Source of the DNA: Gnetum montanum
Lineage: Eukaryota > Plantae > Gnetophyta
Reading direction: 5' to 3'
Assembly (NCBI GenBank): GCA_015680685.1
Contig: MNCI01002560.1
Coordinates: 100,354-164,353 of the forward strand
DNA: 64,000 bases
Shown piece by piece: positions 1 to 13,356 of this stretch (positions are counted from its first letter, which is position 1; each line of letters opens with the position of its first letter). A model generated the notes under the pieces. The model saw nothing but the letters and a program-made list of their open reading frames with translations, did not search any database and was not told where the DNA came from. A program made the translations under genes and the position numbers.

Positions 1-141
1 CCCTTACAACTCAGTCATGGGGGAGATGGCCACCTATGCTAACCATATGGGGCCCTCAGTTCTTTTAAGTTTTTGTTTTACATATTTTTGTTTTACAACG
101 TTTTTGTTTTACACATTTTTGTTTTACAAATTTTCCTAAGT

Positions 142-179
<38 letters not shown>

Positions 180-2433
180 CATCCACCATGTAAGTTCGTC
201 ACCCAATAAGTGTTCATACTGATGGGATGAACTATTTTCATATTGATTGCTAATGTTTGGTTTTTACCTTTAAGTTCCAATGTTGATACTAAGATATGTT
301 TCTTTTGATGTGGCAGGCAATGAGATCACTTCATCCATTCATCCATCAAAGTCTATGGTTTCCCTTGGCTTGGAAATATACAGTTCCCTTTTCTAATATG
401 AACTTTAACGAATCGGTGACTGGGCATTTCTCAAACTAAGGAAGGACTCAAGGATTGCAAAGGGTGTGACTTCAAGGGAACTTGATGCTCTTGTGTTGGT
501 CATTCACGTCGGTGCTTGGATGTTTTCTTCTTGAGTTTCCTTACCATTTCAATGTTACCCATTCTTTGGAAGCTGAGACAATAAAAATAAGAAGTCTTTG
601 CATGGTGTGGTCCCCACACATAAAAATACAAAACACAAAAAAAAAAACCAAAGTGAGGATTCAAAGCACACCCCTTAGACGAAATAAAATTTGGGTTGCA
701 AGCACTGGTTATGGAACCAAAGTGTTCCCTCTAACTAAGGCCCTTCTCGCTTCCCATTCTCTTCGTTGTTTCATCAGAATGGTGGTGGCTCTTCGAAGAT
801 GCATCCTTGTTATCCAAGTGGATGGTTTGACCAAATGCATTGATGCGAAGTCACTGGAAGTGGCTAGTCTGAGCCAGAGTTGGAATGAGATTCGCCAAGT
901 CACATTAATCATAAAACACACAAGGGGCTGTACACCACCTTGTTCTTGGGATTCCATTCCACTTCCCTTCTCTCCACCCTTCTCTCCACTATTCACCTCA
1001 TTGCCGGTTGTATCATTAGTGTATATATTTTGGTTGATGCCTTATTTTCTTTTTGGTAAATTCTTCCGGTCAAGACCTTAACTCTTGTTCCAAAGGACAT
1101 TCCCAGAGCCTACGGACTCTTTTGAATGTGGGTTTGTCAGGGCATTCAGGGCATGAGCCTGCTTTGGGGAGGACCCACTGAAATTCCTATTTGGAACATT
1201 AGTTACCTTCTTTTCCTTAACATTTTGCAATTAATTTTATTTTTGTTCATTTTCATCTTGACATCCATTTCACTGATGCCATTGTCGTCCCTTTTTACCT
1301 ATCTTTCTTACTCCTTTTCTTTCTCCATTCTAACGCTACCGGAGGTTCGCGATTAGTCATGGGGGTACGGGGCCTGATTTTTTGATTTTTCTCCTAAGCC
1401 CCGGATTTTTTCGTTTTTCTCCTTAACCCCTACACCTTCGGTAGTCATCATCTACATTTTCCCAGATCCATATCAGCCATACCACAACCTAGCCAATGAA
1501 CCTAAACTGAAGCAAGGTATTATTTACTTAATGATTTAATTAACCTTGCTAATATATGATTGTGTTGTATGTGCAGATGGTAATCATACAACAATGGAAT
1601 GGATCTGGAGCAAACACTTGGAATGGGCAGTGCTGAAGCAGCTATGCAAGGAGTAGAACGGATAATGCACTTACAGATGGACAACGGAAGGTGCAATCTA
1701 AGCGTTGGCAGCAGCAAGACTCTTCTCTCTTCTTCTCTTCTATTCTCTCTCCTCTTTTCTCTCAGCTGCCAAATGTGGCCTAATGTCATTGTAATAATGT
1801 GTTCACCCTTGTTATCATGAACACCAATTTTGTCAGGTCTTGTAATAATGATCCGTTCACATGTCACCCCATTAGTTCCATTCCCCTCAATAATCCCATA
1901 CCTACCTGATATCATTGTAAGAAACTCAAGGATGAGTTTTCATTCAGTCATGGGGGTATGATGAGACGTGATATGCACAAGCTGCGATATCGCATATGCG
2001 ATATCGTGTCCATCCCTGTGATATCGCATATGCGATATTGCGGTCCGCCACCATATCTATAAATAAGACGTGTCACTCACTTCATTTCCGAATCCTGGCT
2101 AGAAGTAGCGAAGCTCTGGTAGTTTGAACACTCCAGAGTTAGATTAATTTCCCATGTGCCCGCAGTAGGAGTCCTAGAGTGAATGACTCTTTATTCGAGC
2201 AACTTTGTAACCTGAACACAAGTTGTGTATGGCAATAAAGAAAAACTTGATTGGATAAACCTTGCAGTACAGGGTTTTATTTCGTTGTTATTTATTTCTT
2301 TCCTAGTGCGCACGAGTACGACTTAATTACGAGCATCTACGGATGTGTACAGCTAATCAAGGAATCGGCTGCTCATCGCAACGCGTGAGTACGACTTGAT
2401 TATGAGCATTGTGACTACTTGGTAACCCAGTAG
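1..2433 (+). mobile_element. 3' internal region and start of the 3' LTR of an LTR retrotransposon (Athila/SIRE-like architecture)
   Basis: PPT-like YAGTCATGGGGG occurs at 11, 1353 and 1944. The last copy is directly followed by TGATGAG (1959), a typical LTR start. TATA-like TATAAATA at ~2058. Ends at an assembly gap. Confidence 0.55.
153..179. repeat. (TG)n microsatellite
   Basis: About 13 TG units seen directly. Confidence 0.95.
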
Positions 2434-2792
2434 NNNNNNNNNNNNNNNNNNNNNNNNNNNNNNNNNNNNNNNNNNNNNNNNNNNNNNNNNNNNNNNNNNN
2501 NNNNNNNNNNNNNNNNNNNNNNNNNNNNNNNNNNNNNNNNNNNNNNNNNNNNNNNNNNNNNNNNNNNNNNNNNNNNNNNNNNNNNNNNNNNNNNNNNNNN
2601 NNNNNNNNNNNNNNNNNNNNNNNNNNNNNNNACCAAAAAAGTCATATACCTCAGACTTGCTTAACCATACACCATGACACATACAAGCAAGCCTAGGAAG
2701 ACAATGAACAATTAACCCCAAGTGTTTCTTGTGGTGTTAAGGCATTTAGTCTACAGAGTTCGACTGGATCGTGCGTACATGCTCATATTCGT

Positions 2793-3880
2793 ATGGTTGA
2801 GTTTAGGGGTACCTCACCACTCATCACCAAGGATCCATGGAAAAGTATGTCAATGAAGTTTGTGAGTGGGATTCTAAAGATCAGAACTAGAAATGATGCT
2901 ATCTTTGTGATGGTGCATAGATTCTCTAGGATGGCATACTTCCTTGCATGTAAAAGGATCAGTGATGCATCTCATGTTGTAATTTTTTTTTCTATCATAC
3001 TATGAAGGTGCATGGGATTCTTTTGAATATAGTTACTAATAGAGAATCCAAGTTAACTAGTTATTTTTAGAAGTTCCTTTGGAAGATTTTATGGACAAAG
3101 TTAAATTTTTCTAGTGCATATTGTTTACAATCTAATGGCCAAATGGAAGTGTTAAATAAATCTTTGCTAAATATTTTAAGATGTTTTTATGATGGATAGC
3201 CTAATAGATGGAAAAATTTGTTGTATCATGCTAAATTTTTCTACAGAAATTCCTATTGTGTTATTATTGTTAAAAGTCCAGTTAAGGTAAATTATGATTT
3301 TTTTAAAGATAATGAAGAATCTAAGAAGCTTTGATGGAGAAGCTCAACTAAGTGTTACTCTTGTATAAGAGATGAAGAATCTTCATATGAAAGTGGAGGC
3401 TAATATTGAAAAGAAGGCTAAAGAAAGGGTTCTTAAGAGGAATGAGAATAAGAAAAAGCTAAAATTTGATGTTGGTGTTCTAGTTTGGATGCCCTTGAAG
3501 AAGAAGATATTGAAAAGTATTAACTTCTCAAAGTTAAAAGCTAAGAAAATGGATCATTTGAGAATAAAGGCCAAAATTAATGATAATGCTTTTAAGATTA
3601 ACTTACCAAATAATGTGGATATGTCTTTTATGTTTAATTTTGTAGATATTATGCATTACCATGGACTAGTAGATGATGAAACCATGTAGGGTAGCATCAA
3701 TGAGTTGAAGGGGGACTATTAATCAATCCAATCCTTCAATGAAGAGGAATGTAATTGTACTTATGGAGAGAGAAGCTTCTAAAACTTGTGAAGTGAAGAG
3801 GCATTGGTACTTAAACTATTGGAAGGATCAAATGGCTAATGATGTTGTGTGGATCCATGAGACCAAACTTGTTGAATGAA
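2793..3880 (+). pseudogene. pol: Degenerate Ty3/Gypsy chromovirus integrase, GPY/F region and chromodomain
   Basis: PWKSMSMKFV..DAIFVMVHRFSRMAYF matches the integrase core start. SNGQMEVLNKSL follows, then FDVGVLVW..KINDNAFKINLP, then a chromo-like WYLNYWKDQ..VVWIHE. Many stops. Confidence 0.85.
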
Positions 3881-4238
3881 GGATCACTTCTACCACTACT
3901 ACACTGTTCACCTAATGTTACTTTTTAAAGGGTAAGAGAGTTGAAGTAATATCTTGGAGTTTAGAGAGACATCTTTAATTAGAGGTATGATGCATAGGAG
4001 AGGTTTCGTCCTATTAAGAGATGTATCTATATAATAGAAGACAACTTTGAGGAGATTTCTTTTTATAGAAGGAGATATCTCACCCCAATAGGAGATATCT
4101 ACCATCAACCAAAGACATCTTTCCTAAGTCTTCAACATTATAGAAAGACATCTTGAGAATCCTATAAACATCTTGTAAAGCTTGGAAAAGTTTCAAGTTT
4201 GGAAATATCTAAGAATATCTAAGTTAAGAATTGGAAAT

Positions 4239-4811
4239 TATGACATTCTATTCTTGGATGTCATGGTAAACATCAAATATACATTATATTAGACATTAGG
4301 CATAAAATGGTAACATAGCAAATATCAAATAAATGGAACATCTAACATTAAGAATAAAGAAAATAAAATGGAAAATGTAGAAGGAAAAAGGAAAGAATGA
4401 TTTATTGATGTGGAATACTGTATCTAGATCATGCTGTGAGAGTGTTCTGTGGGATTTTCTTACTTTAGCATCTATCCCTTAGAGGCAATCCAACATTGCT
4501 ACCATGGTTAAGCCTACAACTAGCTAGAAGGAATGGATAATCCTTGTCCTATCCTGCTTAACCCAATACCTATTACTTGTCTTTACTAGCTTCGTAGCTC
4601 CATGCTAATATGACCTCTATGCCTAGGTATAAATACCTTAGGTGAAACCTCCAAAGATCACCTCAAGGGACACATATATTATTACAACATGCACTTTTGG
4701 ATCTTAATTACAACTCCCTTTTTGGGCCTTATTACAATAATGATAATACTTGTTATGAAGTGGTTCCATCTTTATTATGTAGTAGCTCAATTTGGAGACA
4801 AGGACATTACA
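4239..4811 (-). repeat. 3' LTR of element E
   Basis: Homologous along its length to 16406-16969. Minus-strand start TGTAATG is preceded by the PPT AAGGGTGGGGGAAGGGTAGAT. Confidence 0.9.
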
Positions 4812-7314
4812 ATCTACCCTTCCCCCACCCTTAGGTTTTTTTCATCCCTAAACAAGTCCATATTTACTATCTTTCTCTAACTCCAATGCTTCTTTTATGA
4901 TTTTATGCTCCAATAATTTGATTTCTCCTTTGAACTTGAAGTTGTTTCTTAATGTTCTCTTACTTATTCTACAAAAAATATATATATGAGAAGAATATAT
5001 GGAAATTTAAATATTATTTTATTAATACTTAGCTCATTTTCTAAGATATTGACAATAGGGTAATTAATGGTCTACTAACCACCAATCACCAATCCTAACC
5101 AGTGTTACAAAAAGTGCAACTCATATCTGGTTATCCAAGTAAAGGTAGGGCAAATCCTTATTTCCAACTTGCATTATGCTAGATATTTTTATTATCTAAA
5201 TAAAATTTAAACTAAATAATAAAGAAAATTATGAAAATCATAAATAAAAGTTATGTTCAGATACTTCTTGATCTTAATCAACCTTATGAATTTATGGAAG
5301 TAATTGTAGTCTATCATAATTGATATATGATCAAATGGTCTTTTTTGGGATGGAAGAGCTTGATCTTGCTTCTTCTCAACTTCTTCATTTGAAATTAATT
5401 CTAGTAACCTACTAATTTGGAAGAATCAAACATCATAGCAAATATAATCTGGGGTCACAATGAAGAATGATGTTGACCTATCTTCATTAATCATGGCAAA
5501 GTAATTAGTAAACTATGATTCTTAATGAATAATTTCCATCAACATCATTTGTTCTTGAATTTTTGGATCTAATTTATCTATTGAAGATTTGAAGCAAGAA
5601 AAATATGCACTAGCCAATGGGATTTCATGAAAACATCTTCTTCAAATCAGGTTCATCTTCTAATGATTCTTTTACACATCCATAGTTTAAGAATTGATAA
5701 ACACCACTTCCAAAATTTGCATTGAAGTTTCCACAATGGAAAATTAGCATTGGACCAATATGTCTTATGAATAATTTATTCTTTAAACTTTCCTCTATTT
5801 TCTTAATCAAGTATGCTCCTTGGAAGAATCTAACATCTGTACATATCGATTTAGCAATTAAATGTGTTAACCATGCATACGCATCTTTCCAATGACTTGA
5901 TTTTTAGTATCACTATCAAATCTATGTGGCTTCTCTAGAACCTTGATCATTCTTTATTTCCCATGACTTGAAGTTCTGGAATTTTCAAAATCATATATTT
6001 CAAACTCCATTTAAATCTTTGTACTAACTCAAACTTGGCTTCTTTATAAAAGATTGCACAACCCTCCATGTTGTAATTTCTATAATAGGATAATTTTTAT
6101 GGCTCAAAAGAATATTTTTTCTTATAATTACCTCTATATCCCATATTTTCCAAGTTCGGTTGCAATTGGTATAGGAATTCCCATTGAAAGACTTTTTGTA
6201 GATATAAGACATTAGCATCCAATTGTTGTAACTTTGCTAACATGCATTCAGTATCGACACTCATGCCAATTCAAGGCCCAAGGAGGACATAGCAAATGTT
6301 TTCCTTCACTGGATAGGGATCTTATTGGCATATTATATGTTTCCACTTTCATTCTCATTCATGGATTCTCTCCTAGGTCATTTCTCCTCATGGGTATCAC
6401 ACATCTTATCCAAACAATATTATGACTCTCCATGTTGTTTTTCCATATGATTTGGTTGTAGGAAAAATTGATATACATATTCTTTATCATTATAGTTCAC
6501 CAACTAATTAACTAATTTCGGGTTGGTAACATTTAGCTACATTACCTAGATTCTTAACAATCTTTCTATCCCTCTTAAGAACATTGCAATATAACTAATG
6601 TTGCACTAGGGGTTAGTGATCTTAAGAACATATAAAAACATTAAGTACTTAATCTTAAGGCCCAAAATATTAATTTTATTAGTCCCAATAAATAAATTAT
6701 TATGGATGATTAATTAGTCTAAGTCATTCCCTTTTAAAATAGCATTTATGATATCATCGAATTATCAATATCCAAATGATAAATATGGCCTAACCATTGA
6801 GTTCAAAAGGGTGAGAAATGTTGGAAATGACTATTCATATGTTAGAAATAAACATTGTATGCCCAAGTTATGCTAAAATTAAGCTTTTTGAGGATCTTGA
6901 AGAACCATGTTTTTTTAGAGAGAGAGAGAGAATGTTCGGGTTTGTATTACTGAAAGTTATGGTACACGAGTATACAATTACAAAGGGGGGGACATCAAGG
7001 ATGGTCCACTTTGAGGGGGGCGGGGGGGGGCCTTGGGACCCCAGACAACCACAAAAATCAAAACTCGGAGGACTCTAAGCTGAACCACCGAACCTCAAAA
7101 CCTCCAAAACCTTGGGGTTGAACAATGAGGGCAAGAGGGGGGGGCAGCCCCCCAACAAGGGGGGGGGGGGGGGGNCAAAAAAGAGGGGGGGGGGAGGGGG
7201 GGCACACCCCTAACAAATAGACGAAACAAACAAAGGAGGGGGGGGGGCAGAGGCAGGGGGGGCCTTTAGGGACGAGTCGGCAGATGGCGACAGGCACACC
7301 GAGGCCGTTCCAGC

Positions 7315-8670
7315 TCATGAAGCAGGTCCAGTGTGGCACGATGCTCCTCGGTGTCCATGAAGTTCGTGGCTTGTTGGAGGCTCTACATAGTAGCCTCTCT
7401 CCTGCTCTGGTCGGCCGACGAGTCCCCCGCATCTAGGTGGAATCTTGCAGACGTGCGTCTGATGTGTCGTCTGAGCTCCCCCCCAGGAGCTCTCACAACT
7501 AACGGCCAAAATGCTATATGGGCAACGCCCTCCCTTGAGCCACTGATGGGCACTTTGTTCATGTGCCCAATCAAGTTTTCGTTGTCATTGCTCTTCTTCC
7601 TCCTCCAGGCGCTCCTGCTCTTCCTAGGCCACCGCCTCTTGGGCCTGACGAGCCGCCTCCTCCTAGTGCAGCTCCTCCCTGATTCGGTCCTGTATCTCAT
7701 TAATGAGCTGGGCCTGCGAGGTCTCCATCATGAGCATGTGCTACCGGCTCAACTGTTGCGCTTGTTCACGAAGCTGGGCTTCATGGTCGGCGCGCAACTG
7801 AGCCAAGGTCTCGGTCCACTTTACCTCTGAATTCCATGGCCTCCCGAGTAGCAGTAACCACCTGTTGCAATTTCGCTTCCCAATTTGGGGGGGCGCTAGG
7901 GGGGTCAGGCGAGGGGGGGGATTTCGACGGGAGCAACGTCCCCAGGTGAGGTTCAAAGCTGTCTGCCGTTGTTGAGTGGCCGAGGTGGGGGAAGTCGGGG
8001 TGGCGGGGGCGGCATCAGCAAGGTGACCCCCAGTGGGGGTAGAGGACGGGCCGGGAGCCCCCTGCCCCCCCACCCCCCGCCGCAAAGCTAAAATTAACCC
8101 TGAGTGATGACCTTGTCGTTTAAGGCGGAGGGTCTCAAGGAAGATCCGCGGCAGGTTAACCTGGGTGTCGACCTTCAAGCACTTGAAGAAAGTGAAATGA
8201 AACCCCTGGAGCTTGGACACGTTGCCCGACAGGATGAAAAAACATTCCACCAAGGCGGCGGCGCGAGCCTAGAGGCGCGGGAGAGAAGACCGAGGGACCT
8301 GGCGGCTCTGCGTTCTTGGGGTTGGCCCCTCGAAAAAGATCGTAGAGTTCTGGAGATCGCGGGACGTTGGCAGGATGACTTTGCCAGCGGCTGGGACCCC
8401 CAAATAGTTGGCAATGGTAGCTTCCGTGAGACAAATTTCACGGCCTTGAAAGTAGGTTTGATCATCATGCCAGTTAGTAAAGAACGTGGTGTCAGGAAGG
8501 TCAGGGTCCCTGACTAGCCTCTGCAGGAGGTCGGCCCAGCCACACTGGTAGACCATCCGCCAGAGCTCCTTGTCATCCTGGTAGATGGCGCAGTCAGGTT
8601 CATACATCGGCGTCGCTCCCATGTTGTCCGCAAGCTTGCGCCACACTCTACAGGTCCATAGGATAAGTCT
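7315..8670 (-). pseudogene. Extra LINE coding region: plant-transposon/PMD-like domain, Pro/Thr linker and coiled coil
   Basis: ORFs 8269-8646, 7741-8253 and 7315-7509 are in one frame, separated by point stops (mostly TAG). Motifs FFTNW..TYFQGREICLTEATIANYLGVP and CLKVDTQVNLPRIFL, followed by an E/Q/R-rich helix. Confidence 0.65.
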
Positions 8671-8689
8671 CTAGGGGGGGTTATAGCCT

Positions 8690-11600
8690 GTGCAAAGACT
8701 GTGCAATTCCGTGCCTTCTAGGTGTGCCATAATAGCAGTGCCGACCAGGAGTCACCATTAAATCACTGCGGGGGGGGGGGCATCTTGCATGCACGCCAAG
8801 TGGCGATCATGCAAGGGCATTCGTAAATGAAGTGGGTGAGCGTTTCAGGGCTAGTTCCGCAGTGCGGACATGTGGTGTCATGTGTGATGCTGCACTGCTG
8901 TAGTATGGCACGTACGGGGAGTGCTGCAGAATGTATCAACCAGAGAAACATTCTGACTTTCCCGGGGAGCTACCAGTGCCAGATCACCTGCCAGCCGTCT
9001 TCCGGGGGATATTTTTGTGTCAGGATGGCACGTGGCTCGAGGTGGATCCAGCCCAGGCATAGCATCTCTCACACATGCCGACAAATGGTCTGCCAAGGCC
9101 ACGAAGTGTGCAATCCAGTCTGCCAAGGAGTATATTTCTGGCGGACGATGCGGGCCCACTGGCTGTGCTCCCCCAGCGCACGTGTTAGCCGGTGGATGAG
9201 CCGTTGCTGATCCATCGTGCATTCATCTTCGAAAGATGTGACCCCCAAACCCCCTGCCATACGAGGACGGGCCANNNNNNNNNNNNNNNNNNNNNNNNNN
9301 NNNNNNNNNNNNNNNNNNNNNNNNNNCCAAATGAAGCAGCGGATCATGGCGTTGATCTGGTGAATGATGGCCGCGGGGGATGCGGCGACTGCCGCCACAA
9401 ACCGCGTAGTGGCCACGAGGATCCTAGTAGCCATGAGGAGGCGTTCCTTGCATGTAAGAAAACGATTTACCCAGTGGTTCATGCACTTCTCGAGCTTGGC
9501 CAGGAGGGGAGTCCAAGTATTGTTCCATCCCCATTGGAACAGCAGGATACCAAGGTAGGTATTGGTGATTTTTCCGGATTGAATGTTCAGGATTTGTGTA
9601 ACCTGGTGCTGCACCTGCAGGTCCACATTGATGAAGTATGGCACTGACTTTGTGTGGTTGATTTCCAAACCTAATTCGACCGCCAATCTGGTCAGGGCCA
9701 GGTTGATACACCATGCCTGTGGTGCCGCCGCCCAGCTGAGAAGCATGGTATCATCAGCGTAGTGTTCAACACGGCAAGCCACCCCCGCAATGTCCAGGCC
9801 TTCCACCCCCGAGGTGCTGCAGTAATATTGCATGAGGTCCATGGCAATGATGAAAAGAAAGGGGGACAGGGGATTGCCTTGTCTCAGACCTCTACTAGGG
9901 GAGGAAAAGCCCCACAACCGCCCACCCACGTCAAAGGAGAAACCTGCGGAGGACTGGATATGCAGACATAATTGGATAAAACCAGGGTCAAAGCCTTTCT
10001 TATGCATGATGTCCTGTAAGGCGTCCCAACTAAGCGTATCGTATGCCTTCGCTATGTCTAGCTTGAGACATAGGCCAGGAAACCCCGTAATACGGAGGGA
10101 ATGAAGGACCTCTTGCAAAAGAAGAACCTGATCCTGAAGGGTCCTACCATGAACGAAGCCCGCCTGATTGCGTCCAACCAACTTAGGCAAGATGGGTCCT
10201 AGATGATTGACCAGGAGTTTGGAGAAGACGCGAATGAGAACATTGCACACACCAATGGGACGGAAGTGCTTCAGGCGGTGTGCATTCAACTGTTTTGGGA
10301 TGCAAACGATGCGCAAGTAGTTGAGTTCGCGCCGTACTTGTCATCTGGCCAGCATGAGGATGAAAGCATCCAGAAGATTAGGCCCCACAATATCCAAGAA
10401 AGCTCTAAAGAACTCCAATGACCAGCCGTCCGGTCCAGGTGGTTTACCTCCTGGCATGTTGTTGATGGGGCCAGAAGATGTTGATTGTCCGCTACAGTGA
10501 GCACCTTTGCCACATGGACTGAGATGGGTTGGGTGGGGTGCTTGGTCCAAATGCACCCCCAATAATGTGAGAGCTCATTAGCGATCCCCTATGGATCATC
10601 AACCACCGCCCCAGCCTAAGTACGGAGGCCACGGATGTGATTTTTGCCACGCGTCTTAGCCATGGCGAAGAAGAATTTCGTATGTTGGTCCCCCTCGCGG
10701 AGCCATCTAATCTAGGATCGCTGCCACCAATAGGTCTCCTCCTCATGATCTAGACTCTAGAGTTGACGGAGAAGGTGCATCTCCTCCGAGTGCAGGTCCT
10801 CCCCATTCTCTTGTTGCGCTTGGATGTGTCCAAGCTGCTCCCAAACCATCTTGTGGCTAGCATGAAATGAAAACTTCTCCCCCACCGGGAGGGCCTGAAT
10901 GGCCCACTTGAGCCGAAGGAGAGCTTCTTTGAGGAAGCTTCGAGGATTCATCCGACCCAGCTGGTAATCGGCCCAGATGTCCTCCACCAGGGGCCGAAGC
11001 CATGGTTTGGGAAACCATGTGGTTTCGAATCAAAATGGGCATGGGGCCCAGGGTTGAGGTGGGCCAATGGACACAACCAATGAGCGGTGGTCAGAAGCAG
11101 CCTGCTCCTGCCCTGTCACATTGATGGTTGTGCCAAGGAGGAGAGCAGAGCTGACACAAACTCGATCAATGCGGGAGAGGACACGGTGCACCCCTTTCCG
11201 CTGGTTGCTCCATGTGAAACGGCATTTCGTAATGGGCAGGTCAACAAGAGAAGAGCGCTCAAGGAACTCCATGAAATCTGGCGTGCCCAGGGGGGCGCCC
11301 CCCCTAGATTTCTCCCAGGGGTACAGACGCTGGTTGAAGTCACCGACAACCACCCAGGAGCCGTGATCAGGCACCAGCAAGGCCACTTGATTCAACTCAT
11401 GAAGCCGTGATTCCCAAGCCTACGCCCCATAGAAGTTGGTCAGCCAAAAACCATGGGCTGGGACATGGACCGTGATGGTCCATGGGGATGCATCCACCAG
11501 AGTGGTGGTGGGTCATGCAAGAATAGCCAGGCCTCCGGCCCGGCCCTAGCTAGGGTGCATGTAGGTGGTCCAGCCCATCCACTGGAGGTGATCGGATTCC

Positions 11601-11725
11601 GTGGCTTGCAGCTTGGTTTCCTGAAGGTAGACCATATCACAATTCTCCTCTCTGACAACACGTCTCAGGGTATTTTGTTTATAGGGGATGCCCTTCCCCC
11701 TGCAATTCCAGCTGAAAATCTTCAT
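8690..11725 (-). pseudogene. LINE ORF2: APE endonuclease, reverse transcriptase, zf-RVT; frameshifted
   Basis: MKIFSWNCRG..YLQETK, VVGDFN, SRIDRV, SDHRSL; KPPGPDGW; FRPIGVCN, KLDIAKAYD, GLRQGNPLSPFLF, YADD; GGLG; CPHCGTSPETLTHFIYEC; LWHT*KARN. Confidence 0.95.
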
Positions 11726-13356
11726 GCGCAGCCAGAGGTGTGGCGCTGGTAGACCTCCTGTAAGGTCTGCTGTTGGCCCAAGTCGATGTGTCATTGGGCT
11801 TGTCGACTTCTGGATCAGGACTCGATCGGGCGACCTGGGCACCCCTCCCCCTCGCGGACCACAGGGGTGCAGCCGGCCTCCTCAGCTGGGGGCTGTGGCA
11901 CCTTGCGCTATCTGGTCCGGGTGCTCCTCCGGACGACGTTGACCCAGTCTCCCANNNNNNNNNNNNNNNNNNNNNNNNNNNNNNNNNNNNNNNNNNNNNN
12001 NNNNNNNNNNNNNNNNNNNNNNNNNNNNNNNNNNNNNNNNNNNNNNNNNNNNNNNNNNNNNNNNNNNNNNNNNNNNNNNNNNNNNNNNNNNNNNNNNNNN
12101 NNNNNNNNNNNNNNNNNNNNNNNNNNNNNNNNNNNNNNNNNNNNNNNNNNNNNNNNNNNNNNNNNNNNNNNNNNNNNNNNNNNNNNNNNNNNNNNNNNNN
12201 NNNNNNNNNNNNNNNNNNNNNNNNNNNNNNNNNNNNNNNNNNNNNNNNNNNNNNNNNNNNNNNNNNNNNNNNNNNNNNNNNNNNNNNNNNNNNNNNNNNN
12301 NNNNNNNNNNNNNNNNNNNNNNNNNNNNCCCAGTTGCCCTCCTCAAAAGGTTGGCGGGTTGGGTTATTCGATCGGCGCCTACGAAATCGACAATCTACCT
12401 CGCGATGGCCCGGCTTACCATAGCATCCGCATCCGTCTAGCAGGTCCATTTGGAGGGTCGTGCCATTCAGCGTATAGTCCCTAGTGTCCATGTTTTCATA
12501 GGTAATTTGGAGGGATTCCTCCACCCCTTGGAGTTCCAAGATGACCTCCCGGACAAGGTCGATCGCCGCCAGGTTTTGCCAGACACAGAAATGGGCAAAG
12601 CCCATCCGTTCGAGTGACCTCGTAACCTTGTCGGAAGCGATGAAATCATCGAAGTTCCCCACCACCTCTTACAAGAACTCAAGACTCCATAATTCCCATG
12701 GGATGCCGGCCACCCGGATCCAGATTGGGGCATGGGTAAACAGATTGGGTTCTCTGTGGGCGCTGGGGCGCCAGAGTCAATGCAAGACCATGGGTCCCAT
12801 AGAACCAAGGCCCGCCGAGAAGAATGGAATCGTGGGCCTGCAAAGAGGGGAGGACAAAGAGGAGCAGATCCTCTGAGAGGCTCCAAATAGTAACGTCCTT
12901 GATTTTCCACTACTCCTTGACCCAGCAGCGTATCAAGTCAAGCCGAGGATGGCTCCCCCAGGAGATGAAATGGCCCATGACGCTCCGTTCCATGGTACGA
13001 ACGCCTTCGGCAGGGGGGTGGCAGATGCGAAGGCGCAGGGTGTTGTTGGAATAGGAATGAGCCACGATGATTCCTCCAATTTCTGCTACCGCCATGGTTG
13101 CTGCTGCCGCCATGGCAGCCGTGGCCGGGGTCGCTGTCGCAGTGGTCGCTGCCGCCGTAGTCGTTGTCGCTGTAGTCGCTGCCGCCGCCATGGTTGCTGC
13201 CGCTGTAGTCGTTGTCCCAGTGGTCGCTACCGCCGTAGTCGCTGCTGTGGTTGTTGCAGCCATCGTGGTTGCTGCCGCCGTGGTTGTAGCTGCCATGGTT
13301 GCCGCCGCCATGGTGGTGGCTGCTGTGGTTGCTACTGCCGTAGTTGCTACGGCCAT
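11679..13356 (-). pseudogene. LINE ORF1 (DUF4283-like plus CCHC knuckle), disrupted
   Basis: LLGGPWFY, PIWIRVAGIPWELWS, ERMGFAHFCV, QITYE and CGCYGKPGHREVDC motifs. Contains stops, a frameshift and an N gap. Confidence 0.8.

Noticed and set aside
482-1081. 199-aa ORF and antisense 95-aa ORF as an env-like gene
   Set aside because: No recognisable motif, non-ATG start, and the ORF spans A-runs.
2434-2631. ORFs spanning N runs (also 9275-9326 and 11955-12328)
   Set aside because: These are assembly gaps, so continuity across them is uncertain.
12480-12665. ORF1 segment (MGFAHFCV..LVREV) resembling a plant transposon protein
   Set aside because: It fits the ordinary L1 ORF1 pattern between DUF4283 and the zinc knuckle.
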